In this document: in pieces, positions 25,200 through 33,138 of the stretch
Layout: each line of letters begins with the position of its first letter
Position numbering within the stretch: position 1 is the first letter of the stretch
Origin: a virus
Taxonomy: Duplodnaviria; Caudoviricetes
DNA: 52,998 nt
Virus record (IMG/VR): IMGVR_UViG_3300031659_000011
Span: 1-52,998 of that record
Strand: one strand, 5' to 3'
Notes under the pieces: model-generated
Database searches by the model: none
Told to the model about the DNA's origin: nothing
What the model saw: only the letters and a program-made list of their open reading frames with translations
Made by a program: the position numbers and the translations under genes

Positions 25200-25241
25200 T
25201 CTGGGACTGACCAAATCGGCAGCAATTAGGAGATTAGATAA

Positions 25242-26006
25242 ATGTTAATGTACAACAGTAAGAACGAACGCCACCTTTCGGAACTTGAGCTAGGCTTTTT
25301 GCAAACCCCAAAAGCACTAGGAGCTTTCCACAAGCCCTATCCTTTCAGCTCTTATATGAATGACATTAAAGATGCGTTTGACCGCGAAGGCCTCATAGTA
25401 TCGAAGGAAGAGTACGTCGTATCTAAAGATGACAATAGATTCTTCGGCACCCTCGCTATCTCACCTCAGACTACCCACAGTAACTTAATAGAATCTCAGG
25501 ACTGGGAACTATTGGTGGGCGTGAGGGGGTCGCACGACCAGCGTATCCCTCGGGGGATGGCAATTGGTAGTCATGTATTTGTTTGTTCTAACTTGATGTT
25601 CTCGGGTAACATGAGCACCTTTGCTACCAAACAGACTACTAACATAGCCGCTCGCTTACCCCGTCTTATACGTGATTCAGTTGCCCGCATCCCCGCCCTC
25701 GCAGAGCTTCAGGAGAATAAATACAATCAATTTAAAGAGCGCATTATCACTGGCGGGGATGCTGACACACTACTACTAGACATTCACCGTCGGGGTGGTA
25801 TGTCGGCGGCCCAGCTAGGCGTAGCTGTTAGCGAGTGGGATGCCCCTAAATATGTAGAGCATGGCAGCTACGGGTCTTCTCTTTGGAGGCTAATGAATGC
25901 CTGCACTGAGGCTCTGAAACCTCGGGGCGACAACGCCAACCACCAAATAGTGGCTGATCGTAGCGCCATAATTGACCAGCGCGTATCTGCCTTCGCTACC
26001 TGCTAG
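25242..26006 (+). CDS. DUF932-family protein
   Basis: SHD......G..VFVCSNL motif. Confidence 0.7.
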   Translation: MLMYNSKNERHLSELELGFLQTPKALGAFHKPYPFSSYMNDIKDAFDREGLIVSKEEYVVSKDDNRFFGTLAISPQTTHSNLIESQDWELLVGVRGSHDQRIPRGMAIGSHVFVCSNLMFSGNMSTFATKQTTNIAARLPRLIRDSVARIPALAELQENKYNQFKERIITGGDADTLLLDIHRRGGMSAAQLGVAVSEWDAPKYVEHGSYGSSLWRLMNACTEALKPRGDNANHQIVADRSAIIDQRVSAFATC

Positions 26007-26021
26007 ACCTCCAAACCCCTT

Positions 26022-26094
26022 GCGCCAACGCGACCTTCCTCCCGCGTTGGCGCCTTGCCTCGCCGCTCATAATCTTGGGCCGCGGGGCTTTTTT
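26022..26094 (+). terminator. Two hairpins followed by a T6 tract (terminator, possibly sRNA)
   Basis: GCGCCAACGCG-ACCTTCCTCC-CGCGTTGGCGC, then GCCTCGC...GCGGGGC-TTTTTT. Confidence 0.6.
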
Positions 26095-26118
26095 GGTAAA
26101 CGAACAGGAGAATCCTAA

Positions 26119-26280
26119 ATGGTTAATGCGCCACCGCTCGACGGGAATGAGGGCCTCGATTACGAGACCTATGAAGAATATGCTGCGCGGGTTGCGGAGA
26201 GGCTCTCTAGGCCCTCTCTGAGGCCTGATCGCGAATCAAGTAAGCAAGAGGGCCATGAGACCCCAGAAGATGTCTCCTAA
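26119..26280 (+). CDS. Hypothetical protein, 53 aa (not in ORF track)
   Basis: AGGAG RBS; MVNAPPLDGNEGLDYETYEEYAARV... Confidence 0.45.
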   Translation: MVNAPPLDGNEGLDYETYEEYAARVAERLSRPSLRPDRESSKQEGHETPEDVS

Positions 26281-26452
26281 GCCCCTACACTTCAGGCTGA
26301 AGCTATCTAAGCTAGCTTGTGGAGTGAGTCCCTCGCGCGGGGACGGGACTTCGGACCCTAGGGAAGTTACTTGCGTCAAGTGCAAGAAACACTACGCGTT
26401 TATAAAAGGGCTGCCACTTGCAGTTAAATATTCAGACAGAAAACAGAGGTGA
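26255..26452 (+). CDS. Small possible zinc-binding protein
   Basis: H...ACG...VTCVKC. Confidence 0.45.
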   Translation: MRPQKMSPKPLHFRLKLSKLACGVSPSRGDGTSDPREVTCVKCKKHYAFIKGLPLAVKYSDRKQR

Positions 26453-26456
26453 AATT

Positions 26457-27635
26457 ATGTCAATAGAAGAAGCAGTACCCGAGCATTCGCTCCTATCCCC
26501 TAGTGGGTCCTCAACTTGGCTGCGGTGTGCGGGCAGTATTGAGGCTCAACAGGATATGCCTAATACTTCGAGTATATTTGCGGCTGAGGGCTCAGTAGCC
26601 CACGAGCTGGCTAGCTGGGCACTCATAAATTCTGATGACCCTTGCGCTCGGCTTGATGAAGTCTGGGTGCACGACTCATTTGAAGTCGAAATCGACATGG
26701 AAATGGTTGAATATGTCAGAGGGTACATTAAGTACTGCAAACTCTTGACTCATAATTATGACCCAGAAGACGTAGCTCTAGCCGTTGAGAAGAGAGTCTT
26801 CACTACAATAGATGAGTGCCATGGTACTGCGGATTACATGGCTTACATATATAGCGTAAAAACCCTACACGTCGTGGACCTTAAATACGGGAAGGGAGTT
26901 ACGGTAAGGGCGGCAAACAACACGCAGCTACTCATATACGGGTGGGGAGCAGCTTTACAGGCTTTAAAATTCACGGGTTTTATGCCTGAGAGTATGACGC
27001 TACACATATACCAGCCCAGACTAGGTAACTATGACACGGTTACTTACACTAGGGCCGAATTTGAGCCACTGATAGCAGAAATAGAACGTAGAGCATTACT
27101 CGCCCTACAACCTAATGCCCCTCGAAATGCGGGGGAGAAGCAGTGCCAGTGGTGCAGAGCCAAAGTGGAATGCCCTGAATTCAATAACCACGTCAACTCC
27201 ACAATATATGAGGAGTTTCCAATCGCGGTTATAGAGGCTGATAATGCCTTAGGTACCGATCTGGCTAATGCTCTAAGCAAAGTGGATATGGCAAAAGCTT
27301 GGATAAAAGCGGTAGAGGCTGCAGCTTTTGAGCGCCTAGAGTCTGGGCGGGAAGTGGACGGCTACAAACTCGTGCGAGGCAGAGGATCGCGCCAGTGGGT
27401 GTGTCCCGCTGAAGACCTTAAGCCTCTACTACGGGAGCGAAAGCTACTGGTGAGAGAAATAACTAAAGTCGAGATGCTTAGCGTTGCGCAACTCGAGAAG
27501 AAATTTGGTAAGAAGAAATTCGCTGAGAAGTTCGGTGACCTTGTTATCAATAAAGAAGGCAAGCCTGCTCTGGCTATTGAGACAGACAAGCGAGTCGAGT
27601 ACCAGCCCTCGGATCAATTCGAGAAATTAAACTAG
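26457..27635 (+). CDS. DUF2800 PD-(D/E)XK (Cas4-like) nuclease
   Basis: HSLLSPS...WLRC.GS, EGSVAHE, GTAD, DLKYGKG and CQWC motifs; GAGGTG RBS supports the ATG at 26457. Confidence 0.88.
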   Translation: MSIEEAVPEHSLLSPSGSSTWLRCAGSIEAQQDMPNTSSIFAAEGSVAHELASWALINSDDPCARLDEVWVHDSFEVEIDMEMVEYVRGYIKYCKLLTHNYDPEDVALAVEKRVFTTIDECHGTADYMAYIYSVKTLHVVDLKYGKGVTVRAANNTQLLIYGWGAALQALKFTGFMPESMTLHIYQPRLGNYDTVTYTRAEFEPLIAEIERRALLALQPNAPRNAGEKQCQWCRAKVECPEFNNHVNSTIYEEFPIAVIEADNALGTDLANALSKVDMAKAWIKAVEAAAFERLESGREVDGYKLVRGRGSRQWVCPAEDLKPLLRERKLLVREITKVEMLSVAQLEKKFGKKKFAEKFGDLVINKEGKPALAIETDKRVEYQPSDQFEKLN

Positions 27636-27651
27636 AAATAGGAAATAGAAA

Positions 27652-28257
27652 ATGTTATTAAAAAATGTACGATTATCATTCCCAAACATCTTTGTAGCTA
27701 ATGCTTTTCAAGCAGGCCAAGAACCTAAGTTTGGAGCTATGTTTGTCATGGACCCTAAGCACCCTCAGCTAGAAGAGCTTAAGGAGTCTATTGTGTCTAT
27801 CGGCACAGCAAAGTGGGGGAAGAAAATCCCAGCAGCGGTGGTCTTGTGTCTTCGCAATAATGAAGAGAAAGCGCACCTTGACGGTTTTGAATCTGGAGGC
27901 ATGTTTTTTAATGCCACTAACAAGAAGCGTCCTCTAGTGTTAGACAAGGGCCGCAACCCAACTACCGAGGCCGACGGTCTCATATACGCGGGGTGCTACG
28001 TCAATGTCATGGTGGATTTCTGGGCGCAGGATAATAACTATGGCAAGCGTATCAACGCTAGCTTAGCTGGCGTCCAATTCTCGGACGACGGGGACGCTTT
28101 TGGTGGGGGAGCTAATGCGTCAGTTGACGATTTTCCCGAGCTGGAACAGGACCCAACGTCTAGGCCTAAGGAGTTTAGTGATACAGCTGAGTCAGCGTCA
28201 AAAGACACTGGCAAATCTGCAGGGTCCGCCGATGTAGCTTCGCAGATGTTTGGGTAG
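27652..28257 (+). CDS. DUF2815 single-stranded DNA-binding protein
   Basis: NVRLSFP, IYAGCYVN and L.GVQF..DGDAFGG motifs; acidic tail. Confidence 0.88.
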   Translation: MLLKNVRLSFPNIFVANAFQAGQEPKFGAMFVMDPKHPQLEELKESIVSIGTAKWGKKIPAAVVLCLRNNEEKAHLDGFESGGMFFNATNKKRPLVLDKGRNPTTEADGLIYAGCYVNVMVDFWAQDNNYGKRINASLAGVQFSDDGDAFGGGANASVDDFPELEQDPTSRPKEFSDTAESASKDTGKSAGSADVASQMFG

Positions 28258-28263
28258 AGTCTA

Positions 28264-30246
28264 ATGACTGTCGTAATAGATATTGAAACGTATTCGGACG
28301 TAGATCTAAAGGCAGTCGGCTCTTTTGTTTACGCGCAGTCCTGCGAGCTTTTGCTCGTGGGCTACGCTGTAGATGACGGGGAGGCGGCGGTTTGGGACCT
28401 AATAACGTCAGGGCACAGCCCTACAAACAACACTATGCCCCCCGAGCTTCATGAGGCTTTGCAGCGTCGCGGGGACATTCGGATAGCCCACAACGCATCA
28501 GGCTTTGAGCGTTGGGTATTGGCGACCACCCTACCCGATTATGACTGGAGCATAGAAACTTGGTTTGACACTATGATTCTCTGCGCCGTTAATGGACTAC
28601 CTAGAGGCCTGTCAATGGCGTGCGACGCGGTAGACATGCGCGATGACTACGCCAAGTTGGGTAAGTCGGGCATGCAGCTAATCACCACCTTCTGTAAGCC
28701 AGCACCCTCCAACCACAAAGCTGGTCGCTACACACCTCACAACAAACCAGAGGAATGGGGAGAGTTTATAGAGTACTGCCGACGGGATGTTACTTCCTGC
28801 CGCGAGCTGTACGACACTCTGCCCCACCAGAATTATGAAAAGGAAAAAGAAAACTGGCGGGCTAACCTCCGCATGAATGACAGGGGTTTGCCTATGGACA
28901 CGTATACCTCACAGCTTTTAATACTTGAGATACGCAAAGCGGAAAAAGAACTAGTTAAGGAACTACCTTCGCTAACTAACAACGTGGTGTCCACTGCGTC
29001 TCAAGTAGCGTTAATACTAGGGTGGATACGGGGTCAGGGTTTTGCTATGCCTGATATGAGGGCGGCTAGCGTTGAGACCGCGTTGACTATGCGAGATAAG
29101 TTTACACCTGAGATACACAGGGTGTTAAGAATAAGGCAGCTAGTCAGTAAATCCTCGGTCAAAAAGTTAGACAAGGTGATACACGCCACCGCGATGGACG
29201 GTGCGCTGCACGGCGGCTTTGAATTCTACGGGGCGGGGCGCACGGGCAGAGAAGCTGGGAGATTATTCCAACCCCAAAACTTACCTAGACCTACTAAAGA
29301 ATTTAAAGACCCTGAGGTAATTGATTCAGTTATTAAAATGCTGCACGACGGTAAGTCCTTGAGGTCGGATAACGCCCATATAGTTGGGTCCAACTTGATA
29401 AGGTCAATGCTTAGTGCGCCTAAGGGCTATGAGCTGGTGGTGGCTGACTTAGCTAACATAGAAGGTCGCGTGCTTGCATGGCTGGCTGGGGAGACATGGA
29501 AGCTTAAGGCTTTTTTTGACTTCGATAAGGGTATAGGGGAAGACATATACAAACTGGCTTACTCTAAGAGTTTTGGCGTGGACGTAGTAGACGTCGATGA
29601 CGACATGCGCGCAGTTGGCAAAGTTCAGGAGTTAGCTTGCGGATTCCAAGGGGGCGTCGGCGCCTTCACTGTTATGGCCCAGAACTACGGGGTTCATTTG
29701 CCCGAAGAGCGTATCCTAGAAATAGTACGAGCTTGGAGGGGGGCCCACCCACTCACCGTATGCTTATGGTGGGACGCGCAGAACGCGTGTTTCTCAGCAA
29801 TGAATTCCCCCGACGAGCCTTTCTGGATAGGTCCTAAAGTTGTGGTGGCGTACCGCAAGGCCTTAGACCAGCTGGCTATCCGACTACCCAGCGGGCGCCA
29901 GTTGGTGTACCCGAGCCCATCAGTTACTGAAGTAATGGGTCGTAGGCGACTATGGTTTAAAGGCCTTGAGAACTACAAGTGGGCGCCTACTGAAACCTAC
30001 GGGGGGAAGTTAGTGGAGAACATTACACAGGCGGTAGCTAGGGATATCCTATTTAATGGGGTAATAGTGTCTGAGAAGAATGGAATGTCGCCAGTTGGAA
30101 CAGTTCATGACGAAATTATAAGCCTAGAAAAGAAGGGGGCATTTACCCATGAGCAGTTGTGTGGGTATATGACCGACCGCCCTGAGTGGATAAGTGGGTT
30201 ACCACTTGCAGCTGAAGGCTACACCGCAGGACGATACAGGAAATGA
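28264..30246 (+). CDS. DNA polymerase, family A (APSE-type)
   Basis: Exonuclease motifs DIETYS, AHNA.FE and EYC..DV; polymerase motifs TGR, DLANIEGR, R..GK..EL and VHDE. Confidence 0.95.
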   Translation: MTVVIDIETYSDVDLKAVGSFVYAQSCELLLVGYAVDDGEAAVWDLITSGHSPTNNTMPPELHEALQRRGDIRIAHNASGFERWVLATTLPDYDWSIETWFDTMILCAVNGLPRGLSMACDAVDMRDDYAKLGKSGMQLITTFCKPAPSNHKAGRYTPHNKPEEWGEFIEYCRRDVTSCRELYDTLPHQNYEKEKENWRANLRMNDRGLPMDTYTSQLLILEIRKAEKELVKELPSLTNNVVSTASQVALILGWIRGQGFAMPDMRAASVETALTMRDKFTPEIHRVLRIRQLVSKSSVKKLDKVIHATAMDGALHGGFEFYGAGRTGREAGRLFQPQNLPRPTKEFKDPEVIDSVIKMLHDGKSLRSDNAHIVGSNLIRSMLSAPKGYELVVADLANIEGRVLAWLAGETWKLKAFFDFDKGIGEDIYKLAYSKSFGVDVVDVDDDMRAVGKVQELACGFQGGVGAFTVMAQNYGVHLPEERILEIVRAWRGAHPLTVCLWWDAQNACFSAMNSPDEPFWIGPKVVVAYRKALDQLAIRLPSGRQLVYPSPSVTEVMGRRRLWFKGLENYKWAPTETYGGKLVENITQAVARDILFNGVIVSEKNGMSPVGTVHDEIISLEKKGAFTHEQLCGYMTDRPEWISGLPLAAEGYTAGRYRK

Positions 30247-30533
30247 ATATGAGCATTGAAGATTTTGAAGATTTTGACGACCTAGAAGAATCAGAAGATG
30301 GGCCAATGGCTCTTACTTTTGTGGGTTATGATGACTGTATATTAGGTATGTGCGAGCGAGCGGGGGACTACCCCCGCGTAGCTTATAGTTACAACCGCAT
30401 CATAGCTAAGGTGATGACCAAGAAGGACTTGACCCGCGAAGATGCTGAAGAGTTTTTTGAGTATCACATAGCTGGATTGTGGCTCGGTGATGGCACTCCT
30501 TGGATTGTGTTTGAGAAACAAAAGAGTCATTAA
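30243..30533 (+). CDS. Conserved phage hypothetical protein
   Basis: GYDDCILG...DAEEFFEY.I.G.WLG..TP. Confidence 0.7.
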   Translation: MNMSIEDFEDFDDLEESEDGPMALTFVGYDDCILGMCERAGDYPRVAYSYNRIIAKVMTKKDLTREDAEEFFEYHIAGLWLGDGTPWIVFEKQKSH

Positions 30534-30536
30534 GCC

Positions 30537-30812
30537 GTGCGCGAAAAGGATGTTGAGGCCTACCTAGTTAAGTCAGTTAACGCATCTGGCGGTTTGTGTT
30601 GGAAATGGACCTCCCCAAACTTAGCTGGCGTGCCCGACAGGATATGCATATTCCCAAGTGGCTCAGTCGTTTTTGTAGAGGTTAAAGCTACTGGCAAAAA
30701 GCCTAGGGCCATGCAGACTAAAAGAATGCTACAGCTCGGCGCTGTGAAGGCCAATGTACACTGGCTAGATTCACCATCCCAAATAGATATACTGATAGAG
30801 GAATACACCTAG
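30537..30812 (+). CDS. VRR-NUC nuclease
   Basis: REKDVE...GVPDRI...FVEVKA.G.KP...Q. Confidence 0.9.
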   Translation: MREKDVEAYLVKSVNASGGLCWKWTSPNLAGVPDRICIFPSGSVVFVEVKATGKKPRAMQTKRMLQLGAVKANVHWLDSPSQIDILIEEYT

Positions 30813-31417
30813 TGTCTAAAGATAACTACACAATAGATTTAATAGATAAAGCGGACTGCGCTAGCGTGCTACTTAAGTGGCACTACTTGAAAGATATAAG
30901 TAAAGGTTTTAAAAGCGGGGTTAACTACGGGTTGTTTAATTGTGGGAAACTAGCTGGCGTGTGCATATACACAGGCCTGCCTGTGCCTGAACTTGTGCAG
31001 GGCATGTACGGGCTAAGTCGTGAAGACCAGAGCGGGTTTTTTGAGCTAAGCAGATTGTGTTTGACGCCTGAAGTGCAAGCGGTAGAGCACAATCTGGCTA
31101 GCTGGTTTGTAAGCAAAACAATTAAGAGACTAAGGAAACACACTAGAGTGCGCTCCATACTGAGCTACGCTGATAATGACCATCATAAAGGCACAGTATA
31201 TAGGGCGTGTAACTTCGGCTACTACGGGTTGTCTGCCGCTAAGAAAGACTTCTGGATACTGCAGAGTGACGGTAGTTATCTGAAGCACACTCGAGGAAAG
31301 GTAAAAGGCATAGCTGGCGAGTGGCGTGACAGAAGCCGAAAGCATAGGTTTGTTATAGAGTTTGATAACTCATTAAAATTAAAGTGGGATCTTACGCAGT
31401 ACGCAATAGGAGAATAG
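30812..31417 (+). CDS. Mom-like GNAT-fold DNA adenine modification protein
   Basis: HY, FELSRL, ILSYAD...H.GTVYRACNF.Y.G and terminal K.RF motifs, as in the Mu Mom family. Confidence 0.7.
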   Translation: MSKDNYTIDLIDKADCASVLLKWHYLKDISKGFKSGVNYGLFNCGKLAGVCIYTGLPVPELVQGMYGLSREDQSGFFELSRLCLTPEVQAVEHNLASWFVSKTIKRLRKHTRVRSILSYADNDHHKGTVYRACNFGYYGLSAAKKDFWILQSDGSYLKHTRGKVKGIAGEWRDRSRKHRFVIEFDNSLKLKWDLTQYAIGE

Positions 31418-31421
31418 ACGG

Positions 31422-32759
31422 ATGAAGTTTGTACCACATAGCTACCAACAACGGGCTAGCGATCTTGTATTCAAAGGCGACAGCTTAATGCTCGCCATGG
31501 AGATGGGGCTAGGCAAAACAGTAACTACATTAACTGGCGTTCAGCAATTACTCCAGTCGGGTAGGGCCAACAACGTGTTGATAGTGGCCCCATTACGAGT
31601 GTGTGAAAACGTATGGCCCCAAGAGATCGATAAGTGGGACCACATAGATCTTAGTTACTCTATGGTGCTTGGCCCCCCAGCGCGCCGCGTGGCTGCACTC
31701 AAGAAAAAAGCTGACGTGTACATTATCAATATAGACAATCTAGTTTGGCTTATTAATCTACTGAAGAAGCCAGAAGACTGGCCCTTCGACACCATCATAT
31801 TAGACGAGAGTAGTAAGTTTAAAAACCAATCTAGTAAGCGCTTCCGAAAACTTAAAAGTGTTAGACGGTTTGCTATGAGGGTCATAGAGCTAACGGGTAG
31901 CCCGTCACCTAACTCGCTACTTGACTTGTGGTCTCAGGTTAATTTGCTCGACAGGGGCGAGCGCCTAGGCACTTCCTTCACCCGATTTAAAGATAGGTAC
32001 TTCCACGCTACTGATTACATGAGATACAACTGGGAGATTAAAGCGGGGGCGGATACCTTGATCATGGAAGCTATAGCCGATGTGTGTATATCAATGAGAG
32101 CGGTTGACTATTTAGACATGCCCTCCATATCCTATAACAACGTAGAGGTTAATCTACCACCCAAGGCAGCTAAGGCGTATTCGGATATGGAGAAGCATAT
32201 GATAGCTGCGTTAACAGAGGGGGTTATAGAGGCGGCTAATATGGCTGTCGTGAGTGGTAAGTGCCTTCAGCTATCCAACGGGGCCGTGTATGTGGATGAA
32301 GACCACAACTGGACAACCGTCCATGATCTGAAACTAGATGCTTTAGAGGAAATAGTGAATGAGGCGGGGAGTGGCAACCTCCTCATAGCTTATAGCTTTA
32401 AACATGATTTAAAACGCCTTAAGCACAGGTTCCCAGACATAAGAACCGTAGACGAAGTCGGGGCTATAGAAGCTTGGAACCGAGGGGAGATAAAGAAGTT
32501 AGCTTGCCACCCCGCCAGCGCGGGGCACGGGCTCAACCTACAGTCGGGTGGGTCCACCGTCGTGTGGTTTGGTCTGCCTTGGAGCTTAGAATTATATGAG
32601 CAACTCAACGCGAGACTGCACCGACAAGGGCAGACCAAGCCAGTTATGGTGCACCACATTATGACCCGCGGGACTTTAGATTTTGATGTGTTAGACAGGC
32701 TGTCTGGTAAGCGAACCATGCAGGAAATAGTAAAAGACTTTCTTAGGAGAAAAACATGA
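31422..32759 (+). CDS. SNF2-family helicase
   Basis: MGLGKT, DESS, LTGSP, SAGHGLNLQ and Q...RLHRQGQ motifs. Confidence 0.93.
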   Translation: MKFVPHSYQQRASDLVFKGDSLMLAMEMGLGKTVTTLTGVQQLLQSGRANNVLIVAPLRVCENVWPQEIDKWDHIDLSYSMVLGPPARRVAALKKKADVYIINIDNLVWLINLLKKPEDWPFDTIILDESSKFKNQSSKRFRKLKSVRRFAMRVIELTGSPSPNSLLDLWSQVNLLDRGERLGTSFTRFKDRYFHATDYMRYNWEIKAGADTLIMEAIADVCISMRAVDYLDMPSISYNNVEVNLPPKAAKAYSDMEKHMIAALTEGVIEAANMAVVSGKCLQLSNGAVYVDEDHNWTTVHDLKLDALEEIVNEAGSGNLLIAYSFKHDLKRLKHRFPDIRTVDEVGAIEAWNRGEIKKLACHPASAGHGLNLQSGGSTVVWFGLPWSLELYEQLNARLHRQGQTKPVMVHHIMTRGTLDFDVLDRLSGKRTMQEIVKDFLRRKT

Positions 32760-33025
32760 GTGCATTAGATACACAAGTAGGCGGCGGACACTACAAGAAC
32801 ATGAAGATACAGCCAGTTGAATTTATTCACGTCAACGGGATAGGCTTCCTAGAGGGCTGCGTTATCAAGCGGGTGTGCAGATACCGAGACAAGAACGGCG
32901 TGGAGGATTTGAAGAAGGCTCAGCATGAGTTGCAGCTCTTGATAGAGTATTTAGAGGGTAGGTCAGCGCCCACCGTAGACGCTAGCCCAGCTGGGCTGCG
33001 AAAGAAGTATGGGCCCAACACATGA
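32756..33025 (+). CDS. DUF3310 (T7 gp1.7-like nucleotide kinase family)
   Basis: QVGGGHYK...IQP...GF.EG.VIK...R...KNG.EDL.KA. Confidence 0.85.
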   Translation: MSALDTQVGGGHYKNMKIQPVEFIHVNGIGFLEGCVIKRVCRYRDKNGVEDLKKAQHELQLLIEYLEGRSAPTVDASPAGLRKKYGPNT

Positions 33026-33138
33026 GGTGGGGGAAAGTAATGGAGGTGGCGCTAGTCACTCTGGCGATGTTAGTCTTTAGCTTTGTAGCTGGGACCGACA
33101 CCGCCTTAGTTGAGATGCTGTTTAACTTTTTTGAGTAG
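33022..33138 (+). CDS. Possible 38-aa membrane peptide (not in ORF track)
   Basis: ATGA-coupled; MRWGKVMEVALVTLAMLVFSFVAG...; fills the gap exactly up to the convergent stop. Confidence 0.4.
   Translation: MRWGKVMEVALVTLAMLVFSFVAGTDTALVEMLFNFFE

Noticed and set aside
26457-27635. Cas4-like nuclease as part of a CRISPR system
   Set aside because: DUF2800 is a standard member of the DUF2800-DUF2815-PolA phage module; no array or other cas genes are present.
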